From positions 1 through 49,511 of the forward strand of contig JAHBMJ010000330.1 in the NCBI GenBank assembly GCA_018398765.1: a DNA stretch of 49,511 nt, written 5' to 3'. The notes below the pieces were generated by a model. It made no database searches. It saw nothing but the letters and a program-made list of their open reading frames with translations, and was not told the DNA's origin. The position numbers were made by a program, and so were the translations under genes. This DNA comes from Chromera velia (taxonomy: Eukaryota). This document shows positions 11,201-24,427 of this stretch, in pieces; position 1 is the first letter of the stretch, and every line of letters starts with the position of its first letter.

Positions 11201-13963
11201 GCAGGCAGGCAGGCAGGCAGGGAGGCAGACAGACAGGCAGGCAGGCAGGCAGACAGACAGGCAGGCAGGCAGACAGACAGACAGACAGATAGACAGGCAG
11301 GCAGGCAGGTAGGCAGGCAGGCAGGCAGGCAAATCCACCGACCGAAGTGGAAGCAAGCCTTGACGAGAGACGTCAGTGGGGGCGACAACAGCCATTGGGT
11401 GTCGTTTCTGCACAGCACCCACAACCAACCAACCAACGAAGCAATGGAGGTATGTGGCGGAGATCGAGCGGTCATTTTGTCCATTGCACTGTTCTCAATG
11501 AGGGTCCGTTACCGGATGGTAAGCTCTGGGTGTGTTCCATCCCCACCCCCCCCGGGTGTGTGTGAGTGTGGGCGGGGGGTGGGGTGTGAGTGTAAGTGTG
11601 TATGGGTAGGTGGGTGGGTGTGGGGAAAAGCTCATGGATGAAGGGAAGGGCTCGATGGAATTTTTCTTTTCACTGACCTTGGCAATTTTGCTGGCCTTGT
11701 TGTCCTCCTTCTCAACAATTTCGTCAATCTTTTCCCTGATCATTTGGAGTGCCGCCCTCGTCACCCTCTTCTTCTTTCTCTTTTTTTCCTTTTCGTCACT
11801 ATCTCCCTTTGTCTTTGATCTGACAGTCTTGCGTCTGGGTGAGAATCTCCTCTGTGCAAAGAGGGCATCCTCCTCTTCTTCCCTGAAAGACCTATGGGAG
11901 GAACGAGACAATGACCGTGGTGAGGAAGAAGCAGCACCCTTGGGAAGAAAAGAAACCGTTTTGTGCTTTTGAAACGCAGAGGCGAGGCCGAAATTTCCTC
12001 TCACCTCCGTTACCTCCTCTTCCTCTTCATTGTGTGAGATCTCCAACCTTTTCTTAGAACTCTGACTACTGTTGCAGCGGCCTTCTTCGTTTTCTTGTTC
12101 GTCTGTTTCCCTTCTGTCAACGTACAGTAGAGCTCTCTCAGGGTGAGAGCTCTCAGACGACATCGAAAGATGTTCATTGCTGTCTCCATCTATGGCTATC
12201 TGAATTACAGAATCTGCCAACTGGTCCTCTGATGCCTCGCCCCACCTTCTCTCTTCTTCTTCATTCCTTTCACCTTCGCCCGTCTGCAACACCTCTCTAG
12301 TCTCATCAACAAGCTGCACCACGAGGGAGGCCGAAAGTCCCGTCATCCCGCAAATGCCCAAATCCTCCTCCAGAGAAAAATCCTCGCTTGCTCTGAGACC
12401 ACCGCGACCAAACTCCTTCACATTGTCCTCTTTCAGGTGCGTCTCGTCAACAGCATGGTCATGCAATTCCCTCTGGTCCTCTAGCCCTTCACCCCTTTCT
12501 CCGACCGCAGAAAAACACCCGTCTAGATCTTCACTCTCTATGTCGATGTCCCCACCAGAAAACAAATCAGGCGGCTCGAGTGAAAACATTGCTGCTGCGG
12601 AGAGTGTGCTCCGCTTGGGGCCGGACGGCTGCTCTGCATCAACCGAACCTCTAACGTCTATACTGATGTCTTCTGCTCTCTGGACGTCTTCTTCCTTTTC
12701 CACGCTTTCTCCAATATGAAGAGTCTCTTCTGGGGAAAGCTTCTCTCTTTTACTTTCTTTCCCCAATGCCCGGTTCCTTCTACCTTCTCTTCCTCCCCTC
12801 CACGGTGCGGGGCTCTTGCCAGAGCCGCCTCCTCCCCCCTCGTCATAATCTGCCTTTTCCTTTTCGTCATACTCGGGCTCACTCGCCAGTGCCTCCACTT
12901 CCATATCGTCTAAACTTGCCATGAGAACACTTAGCGGCGCTGTCCGAGGGCGACCCTCCGGCCCCGTCTCTCCCTCTGCAGTCACCCGACCCCGAATTGC
13001 TCTCACTGCCTCTATCCCCATCCTTTCATCCACTGACTCCCCTTCAGAGTCAACGAAGGCTCCTCTCGCCTCTAAGTCTCCGCTCTGAAATGAAGAGAAT
13101 AAAGAAAAGAACAAACACGTGTCAACAGCCAAGGTTGTCCTCTGGGTTCGACATCGCAAGATGTCACCCAAACGAAGAAAGAGTCTCTCTCTCTTTCTCT
13201 CACTTCAGACGCACATATTCATACAAGGCAAAGAAAAGAGCGATCGATCGATCGAGGGGCTGATCGAGAAATTCGAAATTTTCCTGACGAGTCGGAATGC
13301 AAAGAGCCGGATTCCTGCGGTGAATTGAATAAAATGGGGCAAAGTAGTAAAAAAAGCGAACCACAGAGCCAGAACGGGTCAGTCCTTCGCAACGCGCGTC
13401 AATGCCTATGTGAACTGCTGCGCACTCACAAATGTCTTCGCACGAAGAAGAATCAAATCAACCTTGTGCGTGCCGCACCTGTCCTTAGACCAAAGTTGAC
13501 GTTGATGGATGATCGACACCCCCGATGAAAAACTTTCTCTTTCTATTCTGCTCACCTGAAACATCAGGTCGATCGCGTCATCAACGTTCTCCCCCTCACG
13601 ATCCTCGTCACTGTTCTGCCCAGACTCATCAGGCACCGCGTCCCCTCCCTCCCCCCAAGCAAAAGCCCTCCCTCTCTTCCTCCCTACCCTTCCCGTCGAC
13701 GAGTTTGAAGACAGCGAGTGCTCCTCTTCATCTTCAGAAACAAGGAGCCTCTCCCTGGACCCCAACGTTTGATTCTCTTCTTCTTCTTCTTCTTCCTTCT
13801 CTCTTTCTTCTCCTCTCACTGGAGGAGGGGTCTTCAGTGGCTGTTCCCCTCTCTCTACGGACCGCCTCCCTCGCTTTCCCTTTTCTTGGGACGTTCTTTT
13901 GTTCCCCACGTGCTGCTGCATCTGCGCCTGCAGTGCACCATCTTCCTCATCGTCGTCTCCCAT
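10581..13963 (-). CDS. Hypothetical acidic, low-complexity protein, about 4 exons
   Basis: Exon 1 from ATG 13963 (MGDDDEEDG...IDLMFQ|GTGAG, ~13556), a large E/G/S/K-rich exon ~13084-11640, and tentative small exons ~11407-11345 and ~10663-10581 ending FSPRAFV*. No recognisable domain. Confidence 0.55.
11123..11331. repeat. (GACA)n/(GGCA)n intronic microsatellite
   Basis: Directly visible. Confidence 0.9.
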
Positions 13964-14346
13964 GGTATTCTTGATGTGCACTTGCAGCGCGTTGTTTCCT
14001 CCGATTGCAAAGACAGGCCTGCAAACTCAATCGATCGATCAGGCCGGCACACGGAAGAGGTGAAATGCACCTTTGAAAAGGGCAAAAAGAGACACAGCAA
14101 AATCCGTGAATAAAGTCATCTGTATGTTGAAATGCGTGGACATGGACGGGTATAAACACCCATCAAACAGATGCAGAGGCAGAACTGCCAGAGGTGAGGA
14201 TCATCAGAGTGCGACCTACTGCTTCTGTTCCGCGGCACTCCCACATAGCTCATTGAAGCTTTCCATAACCAGAAATTGAAATGACAAAAACATTTGAAAC
14301 AGAAAGAGAGTCCCTCATTCATTCGCTGTTTGGCTCATTTACTGAC

Positions 14347-16537
14347 TCACTGACTCCTTTCATTAAAGACTGACTGAACGTCGAAGGTGAATCCCATCTC
14401 CCATCGAACAAGTTTGAGTGCTCTGTTCATTCTGAACCACAAATTCGTTTGCCGGTTCAGACCCCCCGCCCTGTACCCCGTCTCGTCGGACGGTGTGACT
14501 GCTCGGACCATTTGAAGAGAGCGTCTCATCAATTTCAAATCGTGTAACGCCAGAGTGCACTCGACTTGAAGAAGTCGTCGAATAATTCGACGGAAATACG
14601 CGGGACTCCAAAAGTAAAAAGGTCTTCTCCAACGAGACAGCTGTAATCCCCCCTCGAAGGCCAACCGTTGCTGTTGGGCTTTTTGAAAGGCAATGACTCT
14701 TCGTGGGTTGAAATAACGCCGCAACCTGCGCATGTGGGCTTTTGACGAATACAGCAAATCCCGTGCCCACCCCGTCTCTGTCCATTCTCTTCTTGACGCC
14801 CCCTCGTCCTGTCCTCCAAACACCCCACCCGAACTGCTTTTTTCGGACTCTGCGAAAGAGGTCTTTGTGAAGAGACGGGAAGGAGCGAAGGATACAGTGA
14901 AAGTCCAAAAAACCGAACGACTCCCTCGGCCTCGTCTTTCCAGTCCCGTTCCACTTTCGTTCCGCTGCCATGGGGGACGATCATTTTGTTGCAGAACCCT
15001 AGACTCTTCTCTTTGTCTCTCTCCGGACCTCAAACTTGAAGGGGCTTCACTGTCCCCCCAAGCCTTATCTCTCCCCCTCCCCTTTCCGTTTTGTTCTCCC
15101 TTCCACGTCCCCTCTTTCCTCTCCCCTTCTTTTGCGGCTCGATACCGGAGCTCCCCTCTTTCGGTCTCCCGGGGCTGTTTTTTGAGAATTCGAGGATTCA
15201 ACTGCATTTCCACCCGGACGACCCTGCACGCACATATTCCAACAGACAGACAGACAGACAGAAGAAAGAAAAAGAGGTGTGCATCTGATTCGCAACTCCA
15301 GCACAGAAATCAAATTTTACAGAAAAGACAAATAAGCCAGTTGGAATGATTTCGTTAACTTTGCTTCATTATCATTCAGTCAGACGGTTTCTCTTGTTTG
15401 TATACGGGCACAGATCGAGTGACAACCTTACCCCTGACTCTCTTCACTGTTACAAGGAAGCATCTGTATCGAACAAGAAAGCAACGGTGGATTCAAAATA
15501 CATGTCAATATGCATGCGCGAATCCTGATGTATGCAAGCCTGTCCTATTTGACTGACGGACTCAAAAAGGAAGTATCCGAGGCCCCCGACGAAGGACAAA
15601 ATCCCACAAAACATCGCGATGAAAGCTCTGACGAAGGCCCAGATGTGCCCACATGAAGCCCTGCCTTCGACTGGGATGTCCACGTTGGGCAAATTCGTTG
15701 GCGGTGCTGTGTACTGCACTCACGCCATCACAGTGTTACGCAGTTATTCATATGCTCACATTCACTCACACATATGCATGTGGCGACTCACGGGCTGTCC
15801 TGATAAGGAAGGAGAGCAGAAAGCGGAGGAAGAAAGAAGACTCATGCAAAAGTTGTATTTGGCATTTGCGCACAAGAGCCATAATTTGTATCTATGCACA
15901 CACACAAACGCAAGCAAGTGCTGACTCCGAGGCCTGAATTGAACGAACATATTCGGATGGGAAAGCAAGAACCCTTGAGAAAAAAAAATACCTACACAGA
16001 TCCTCTCATGGACCGATGGAGCAAAGGAACACAGGCAGATACAGCAAAGGAACACAGGCAGATACAGCAAAGGAACACAGGCAGATACAGCAAAGGAACA
16101 CAGGCAGATACAGCAAAGGAACGCAGGCAGATACATCAAAGGAACACAGGCAGATACAGCAAAGGAACGCAGGCAGATACAGCAAAGGAACACAGGCAGA
16201 TACAGCAAAGGAACACAGGCAGATACAGCAAAGGAACACAGGCAGATACAGCAAAGGGACGGAGGGAAAGACCCAGAAGTCGGATCAAGCACATTGTCAA
16301 GGAGCGAATACAGAGGGAGACACCAACCTGCGTTGCCAGAATGATGGTCGTCTCTGTCAGCAACAAGTCACACTCGCAGACTACCGAAGATCCAGACCAG
16401 ACCGGATCAGCGCATCCTGAGGAGACATACAAGGGAGGCAATTTGCATGTACGCAAAGTCCGAATGTCCGTACAGCCCTTCGTTCACGCACTTTGAAGAC
16501 CTCTGGCAAAGAGAAAGAGAAAAAAAAACAAACAATG

Positions 16538-16589
<52 letters not shown>

Positions 16590-18820
16590 AAGCCTCGCAG
16601 GGCAGAATACGCCCCACTAGTAATACTCAAAACTTTCGGAGCCAGAGAAGCGTTCTGAGATGCTGTCAGAAGGGGTCCCGCCCATACACCTGTCATTCCG
16701 TCCGAGTCCCCAATTTAGTGCCAAGAAAACTTGCTTGCACGACCATGCACGTGGATTTCCTCCGACGCCCACCTGCGGAGGTCCACCTCTCGTTCTGTAC
16801 GTCCAGTTGCACGCATACCTCTGTCCACGTCCCTCCCGTATCTCCCAACGCGTAGGTCTCCCTATTGGCCTCCAGAAGCTCTTGTCGGAATTTCAGGTTG
16901 TCTGCAGAGAGAGAGATGTCTTCGTTCGTTTAATTCGAAGGAAGGGAGTTCGCCTTCGAAAGTGACTAAGTAGTACACTTTCTTCGCACTCGCATCTATA
17001 GAGTCAACTCGATCCGCTTTTTCACTTTTGCTTCGACTTGCACATTTTCCTACCCATCTCCTCTTTATCTGTCTTATTTCTCATATCTTCTCTATCTGCA
17101 TGGACACAAGAGCAGACCAGGAAGGAATTTGGAGACGATTCACATGATCTCCTAACCCTTTGTGAAGTTCCTGTAAAAATGAAAGAGAAGCCACGACAGA
17201 CACTGACACACAATCACAGGAACTTACCAGCCGAGGGTGCCGGCAAGGTGATGCTGACACGGGTCCCCGAGCTGGTCAGACGTCGTCTCTTTCGGCTGCT
17301 TTGCTCCTCAAATTGAATTGTCCCCTCTTCCTCTTCCCCGAAGTCTCCCTCGTTCTTTCTTTCTCCCTTCCTGTCCCCTCCCTCTGAAGTCTTTTCAGCT
17401 AGGCCCTTCAGGTTGACATTCTCTCGCAGATTTGATTCCCCCTCTTCTGCCTCTCTAGTTCCCTTTGTGCCTGTGCCTGTGTCCTCGAGGTCTAGTCTCC
17501 GTAGGGGCGACCGGCCGTCTCCGTAGTAGGACCGAGTTGTTGACTCTATGGGCACACGGCTGGCAGCAATCATCTCGCTATTCTGACGACCCTCTGCATT
17601 TCATTTTTATTCACAATCCACTCGTTTGTATAGTCATAGACTTCTCCTCAAGCTCCAGGACAAACCGCTGTCTTTCGAAACTTTCACAAGAGAGCTAAGG
17701 GGAAAAGGCACAAAGGAATTAACAGAATAGGACCTTCGCATCAAGAAGGAGATACAGGACGACGAGAGAAAACGGTAAGCATATACAGTCACGTCGGGGC
17801 TCTCGTCGAATCAACGCACAAAAGTGCACAAGCAGCCCTGCCGAATGTGTCCTTTTGCATGAGAAGATCAGACCCGCATCTACTCCATACTTTCCCTCTT
17901 TCTTTCTTTCTTTCTTTTACATTGGTTGTTCTTCTCCTGTAAGCAAACTCACGGGTTCGGAAGAAGTTCATATCCTTCTGCACATTTAAAGTAGAGTCCT
18001 CAGAGAGAATGAAGCTGCCTGTGGTCGTGCGTGTGCCTGCAGGTGTCTTAATTCACACGTTCAGAAAGGAGTAGATATAGGTTCAAAGGTGCACACGCGT
18101 ATGCAGATAGACGCATCAACACGGATCTTGTACGTCTGTACTTCGGGGAAACAAAAGTCTTGCGGGTTGAGTTCCGACACCCTCAGCACGTCTCTCAAAA
18201 ACATTATTCTTATGCAGCCTGTAGGACCACTTTAGGTGAATTCAGCTCAGATTGATTTCAATATTCTGTAATGATACAGATTGTTTGACGGGGCTTTTCA
18301 GTTCCGCTCTCTCATTGTTTTCCTCGATGAAGGTCTATGGAGAAAGAGCCCGGCAGCATGCCAGCCGGCAAGATTCAGGAAACGTAGAACAAAATGAAGA
18401 AGCGATCAGAACGGAATGCGACAAAATGGGTGAGTAGAAGAACGCACAAAAAGTGACCGAATGACCAAAGGGCCCCGGTCCAAAAGCCAATTATGAACGA
18501 CAAAATTGATGTTCAGGTCAGAGCAGAGGATGGAAGGGAGAAAGCACAGGCCGGCAGGAGGACGCGGACTCGGTGATCCATCAGCACACAATTGCATGAC
18601 AGGCAGGCAGAGAGACACGACATGCATGCACCCACCCGCAAAAGGGTTCGGGTTCAGTTCCGATTCCAGCAGCTGCATCACTCTGTCCGCAAGCGACGAG
18701 GAGGGAATAACACCCATGGCCCCCACCAGGGACTTCCAACTATCAGAGGAGCTGGACGCTGAAGGCGAGCCTGCACACAAACAAAGCGACGCAGAGACAG
18801 AGAGGCAGACATGCAAGCAC

Positions 18821-18851
<31 letters not shown>

Positions 18852-20584
18852 AACAAACGGAGAGAGAGGGAGAGAGAGAGAGATCTACTGTAACTGCCGA
18901 AAGAGAATACCTGAAGACAATACTTGGGGCCGCTTAGACACAAGCAGCTTCAACAGCTAGACTGAACGACTGTCCGTCTTTATCGGTGCCGGTTTGAATT
19001 TGTTCTGTCAGAGCTTAGCGTCCTTCCTTCCGTGATTCAATTCGTCGAGAGCCATTTTCCTCCATTTATCCCAACTACGTAAGCGAATGACTGACTGACT
19101 GACTGACTGACTGACTGACTGACTGGCTGACTGACTGACTGGCTGACCGGTTTCTTCGGTTGTTGGTATGACCATACACATTGCTGCGGTTGCAGAATCT
19201 GCACAAATTTCCTCCACGTCCGCAGAGCTTGTCTTGATTGTCAGAGTGATACCCCCGTTGACAAGCTGAACCGACTCTCCCGTCGATAGAGTTTCTGCGA
19301 TTTTGTCTCCTGCATCGTCATCAGTTGGGGGCGGGCAGATGGGAGCTAGGGATGCAAAAGCAGGATTGAAAATGTATGGCTGAAGGATGCATGGCTTCAA
19401 CACTACCTCGATTCGTTCACTCATGGTCTCCCTCAAAGGTCGGGAGAGTACAAACGGGTTCTCCATTTCCTTTCATCGGCCTTTCTAATCTCAGCCCTCA
19501 CCCCATTAGTGCACCGACCTACCTGCAGTGCTGATTGAGTTCAGGAGACCCCTTGTATCTGTCACGCCACTTGAGAGCAGACTTCCCACATTTCCTATGA
19601 TCGATGTTCCTGCAGTTGCGTGGAGATACACACACACGGATTGCTCGGGATACATACAACATGGGCAGTATCCAAATGACTGTCCTGCGGTCAAAACTTG
19701 GGACTGCGTGTGTAACTGAGAAACTTTTGAGAAGAGAACGCATATTCCGACGGACTCCCTCCTCGAAGTGCCTGCAGGTATTTGATGCGGCATGTGTGTA
19801 CCCAAGTAAAGCAGACAACAACAAAGAAAGTTCGATCTGCAGACCTGCAGTTGTGAATGCCGATTTCTTCGTCGCGCTGTCCGCATTCGCCAAGCACGCA
19901 TCCAACTTGTCGTTCAGGTCTTCGGTGGCCCCGCTTGTCTGCGTTTCAGCAATTACAGGCATCAGTGCGATATGAAAAACTGGGACACACAGCTCGTTAC
20001 GCCAAAGTTTGTTTGCGCTACTCCTCAGTTCTCGCACCACAGAGATATTTCCACGAGGCTGAGTATTTTGCGTCAATTGAGGCGCTTTCTTTCGATGCAT
20101 GAACACTTTTTATGACATTTCTTCTTAGACTCTGCGTCCACTTTCTGGTTGCAATCTGCTTGTGTGCACCAACACAGAGAGAGCAATGAGCGAAGCAAGC
20201 CCCAGGCCCGTTACATCAAAAAGCGCTCAAAAGAGACATTCAGGGGGTCAACAGAAAAAGAGACACAAGGTGGGTAGGCAAACAGGCAAGCGCCTCTGCG
20301 TTAGGATATATTGCAGGCGCAAAAAAAGAGGAAGACACGGAAAAACACGCAAATGCAGATAAGAAAAGCATCACAAAACCAATCACTTTACAAAGAGCTA
20401 ACGATCAAACCAAGACACTGACCAGGGACTCGCGGTCTGGATTTGAGGGGTTGTTCTCGTACCACGTGCTGATGTCCGCCAGCTCTTGGGCGTACCTTGT
20501 ATTCAACTGTAGAGTACATACACACACACATACACACGCACACACACACACACATACACACGCACATACACACGCACATACACA

Positions 20585-20629
<45 letters not shown>

Positions 20630-20647
20630 ACACACACATACATATAC

Positions 20648-20686
<39 letters not shown>

Positions 20687-20706
20687 TACACACACACATA
20701 CACACG

Positions 20707-20746
<40 letters not shown>

Positions 20747-23700
20747 TACACACGCACACACACATACACAGGGGGGGTATTCACGTGTTGGTGCATGTAC
20801 AAGAGAAGAGGTACGTGTGTTTTGTTCGCGCACTATAATTGCATCCTATTCTTCGCTATCTGCACAAATTTGCCAAGCGCACAGCGGCTGAAAAAACGGA
20901 TGACTAACGGGCAGAGTGCAAGTGCATAGCCTCGAGCATATTTCTTTTATATGTTGTGCAGGTACATTTCAATGCAGATGTACACGGCAGGACAACTGAC
21001 GTCCGTCTCGTGGACCGGGTCCCTTGTGTCGCAGATGTCGTCGACCTGCGAGATCGATATATCGTGAGTGATTGAAGCATGAGCATGGACACAGGCAGGC
21101 GGCTGGCTTCAAGCCACCCTGATGGATGGATGAATGGATACCCTCGTGCAGTTGTGTGTCTCGTTTTGTTTTCTTTCAGAAGAGTGATTGATTCGCTTCA
21201 ACTTGGAGAGGGAGTGTTGTTGAAAGTGGACTGGCTGGACCACATCTCTGCTGGGTGGATAGCTTTTGGAAGCAAAGGTTTGTCGATTGAATGGATTAAG
21301 GAAGCAGAGAAAGAAGGAAGACTGCACGAAGAAAAGAGCAAGAAAAACAGGAAGGCTTGATCATGAGGATGAATACGTGAAGGTAAGACTGCAGAAAATG
21401 ATGGGCGCTCACGAGACCATCAGACGCATCGCCACACCAGTGTCCATTCACACATTGTGCATCCATCCGGAACGAGCGGGAAAGAAGATGATCGAGAGAA
21501 AGAGACGAGAAGTAAAATGCGAACCTGGGGTCCATCGAAGATCCAAGTGCACTCATTTACTTTCATACAGAATTCTCTATGAAAGAAAAAAAAAATGCGA
21601 ACCTGGGGTCCATCGAAGATCCAAGTGCACTCATTTACTTTCATACAGATTTCTCCATGAAAGAAAAAAAAATGCGAACCTGGGGTCCATCGAAGATCCA
21701 AGTGCACTCAACCCCGTCACCCTCGGCAAAACCTGAGTTGCACTGGCAAAGAAATGATCCCACCTGAAAGCAAGTAAGTGAAACAAGTATGATTAAAGCA
21801 GGCATACCTACCGAATCATGACCTATAAACTGTACACACGGATAGCTGGGTAATGTGTGGAAGCAGCTCTTTTTTTGACCACTTCAATGAATGTGTATGT
21901 GCTGTGCGCGATCAAAGACGTAGATCGTTTCCAGATGCACGAGGGTCCCGCGGGGGGGTTCCTCGATCCCACTTGGAGGCCAGCAAGATTGCCAAGTCGT
22001 GGCGTGGCCTTCATTCACCCCCTTAAAACATATCCTTCATTTGCCTTATTTTCAAAAACCTGAGAATTTTTCTGGCACCACGTGATTCTAATTCGCCCAC
22101 TTCACGACACAGACCTGATCGAGGCATGTTGCAAAATCGTGGCAGTTGTCCTGTTGCTTGGAGTCTGTGCACTCGTTCACGTTGCTGCAGGTCACTCCAG
22201 TCCCAGCAAATCCTGCAATGCAGCTACAGGAGAAGCTGCCTGTTGTATTCGTACAGGTAGCGTTGGCGTGGCAGTCGTGAGTCGAGTTTGAACACTCGTC
22301 GATATCCGCGCAGGTGATGCCGTCTCCCGACCATCCCGCATTACACGCGCACGTGAAACTTCCGTTGGTGTTCGTGCAGGTACCGTTCCCGTGGCAATTG
22401 TCCATGGACGTCGCGCACTCATCGATGTCTGTGCAGTTCACCCCTGAGGCTGAGGATCCGATCCCGTCCTGCCACCCTGTCAGACACGCGCAGGTGAAGG
22501 AACCCACCTGCATGCACGAAAACAGCAAGAGAGCTGTGAGGTCCGGAGACAATTCATTCAACTTCCTCTCGGTATTGCAGCTCCAGCGGAACGCGGGGGC
22601 CTATCAGTGACTGTCTTCAGAAAGACAGCGGCAAAGAAAAGTCAGCGACAACGATAGAAACAGATTCAAGAAGAAAAACAAAAGAGCGGAGCAAAGATTG
22701 GAGGAGAGAAGATGCGCACTCACTCTAGCGACATCCAGGCGCCTGGCTCACTGTGGTTGCTGGCATGCAAGAAGGTCTGTTGGCAGAATGTGTCGCTGTG
22801 GTTGATGCATTAATGCGTTCGTAGAATGTGAGGAAGTATGAAGAGAAGCATTCGTACAGTCGTGAGGGAGGCACTCACTGCAGCTGCAGCTTACCCACCG
22901 TGTTCGAGCAGGAGGCTCCAGGGTCGTGGCAGTTGTCGAGGGCTTGAGCACACTCGTCGGTCTCTGAGCACGATACGCCGTCTCCATTGTACCCGAAGTT
23001 GCACTCGCATGTAAAGGATGTCTTGACGTAAGTGCACGTGGCGTCCGCGTGGCAGTTGTGTGTGTTCAGCCCTGTCGAGCAGCTGTCTGCAAAAGATCGA
23101 CAATCATGCGCATGCATGCAGTCTGACACAAATTTGAACTTTGAGAAACGAAGAACTGAATACGGGCATCCCCCCGTATGGATCCGCACTAGATCACGCA
23201 ATTTTTAGATGCAGGCCAGACCCATGCAGCACTTCCAGAGAGACGCTTACCCGGCCGGCCGTGTCTGCTTGACGACTTGTTTGAAAGACCGAAAGATGGG
23301 ACGGTCAATCGCAGACACAGCAAATGTATGCAGAGCAAGAAAAAGCAAATGGAAAAAAGAATATTGTTGCAAAGAGGATATCAGTCGAATCCCAATTTGA
23401 AAGACTTTTGCACTGTTCCGAAAACAGGAATTGTGGGCTGAGTTGTAGAGGAACAAAGAAAAAAGTACTCCCACTGCGCCAGGGGTTCAGGATCGGACAA
23501 AAAGGCAGTGGCGCAATCGGAAGAGAAGAAGCTAGGAGAGAGGGGTCCGCACCGATACACATGTTAGCGCGTGCCTGTGCAGGAGGTCGGAGGTATACAC
23601 ATTAGAGCAGGACGACTGACCGAGCTGGTTTTCTGAAACGTACAGCACGAAGTCCCATATGCAGTTCTCCACATAATCGGCGGTCAACTCTGGTGTATTG

Positions 23701-23789
23701 CTGCTTCTCTCATATACCTGCACGTCGCTTGCGAATCTATTGTCACCGACCGCTGCGCACCAAATAATGTCTTCGGTTCCACCTGACTG

Positions 23790-23829
<40 letters not shown>

Positions 23830-23968
23830 ACCCACCCACACACACACACATACACAGAGAGAGCGAGAGAGAGAGAGAGAGAGATGACACATACACGCTA
23901 GATATACACACATACACACCTGCACATATTCACGGACTGACACATGCACCCAGCCTTTCCTCTCCCCC

Positions 23969-24019
<51 letters not shown>

Positions 24020-24427
24020 GGGGGGCATACAAGCACGCACGCGAACCGTCTGACTCGCTGAACGAAGAATCAACCAGTCGATCAAGAGAGAGGCGACTCG
24101 GTTAAATGAAAATTGATGAACGCGGCCCGATGCACTTACATTTCGCTGCTCCATATTACTTGCAGACGAATACGTGGACCCCATGTCTTTGTAAAAAATC
24201 CCGGAGAAAGACGTACTCCCATCGCAGTTTCCAGCAGCTATCGCGTCAATACGTTCCAGTCGGCCGCTGGTCCCCGATTGCCACTTATAACACCTGTTGT
24301 CATTCCCCCAAACGATTTGCTGAAATCCAACTGCGTGGGGATTGACCTGCGTGGCAGAGTTCCTCTGCAACAGAAGGACTGCAAACAGCGCCGACGCACT
24401 TAAAAAGTGGGAGAACTGCGTAGGCAT
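14347..24427 (-). CDS. Single-pass surface protein: signal peptide, N-terminal domain, 5 EGF/cbEGF repeats, GAIN/GPS-like region, one TM helix, ~290-aa cytoplasmic tail (about 16 exons)
   Basis: ATG 24427 MPTQFSHFLSASALFAVLLLQ. EGF exons ~23087-22898, 22507-22115 (DIDEC x2, NVNEC) and ~21763-21680. Stalk exons ~21045, 20508, 19940, 19608, 19310 and 18770-18636 (ending NPNPFA), then 17593-17228 (RVSITLP). Exons 16901-16773 and 16416-16328 join as CVQLDVQNERWTSAG|CADPVWSGSSVVCECDLLLT. Exon 15713-~15560 gives PPTNLPNVDIP plus TM AFIAMFCGILSFVGGLGYFLF. The last exon is 15223-14347, and this final junction is the least certain. Confidence 0.7.
16020..16257. repeat. 23-bp minisatellite AGCAAAGGAACACAGGCAGATAC, 10 copies plus a partial
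   Basis: Counted directly; near-identical units with few substitutions; sits in the intron between the GPS exon and the TM exon. Confidence 0.95.
20516..20769. repeat. (CA)n compound intronic microsatellite
   Basis: Directly visible, just upstream (on the - strand) of the acceptor near 20509. Confidence 0.9.
21514..21710. repeat. 77-78-bp tandem repeat (~2.5 copies) spanning an exon 3' end and its donor site
   Basis: ATGCGAACCTGGGGTCCATCGAAGATCCAAGTGCACTCA starts at 21517, 21595 and 21672. Confidence 0.95.

Noticed and set aside
16020..16257. Possible CRISPR array
   Set aside because: Head-to-tail repeats without unique spacers, no cas genes, eukaryotic intron.
14347..17573. Separate gene downstream of the EGF gene
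   Set aside because: Splice phases link 18636 to 17593, and the GPS-like motif and TM complete the EGF protein; a split cannot be fully excluded without transcripts.
21514..21710. Repeat-spacer-like pattern resembling CRISPR
   Set aside because: The intervening sequences are near-identical to each other, so this is a plain tandem duplication.
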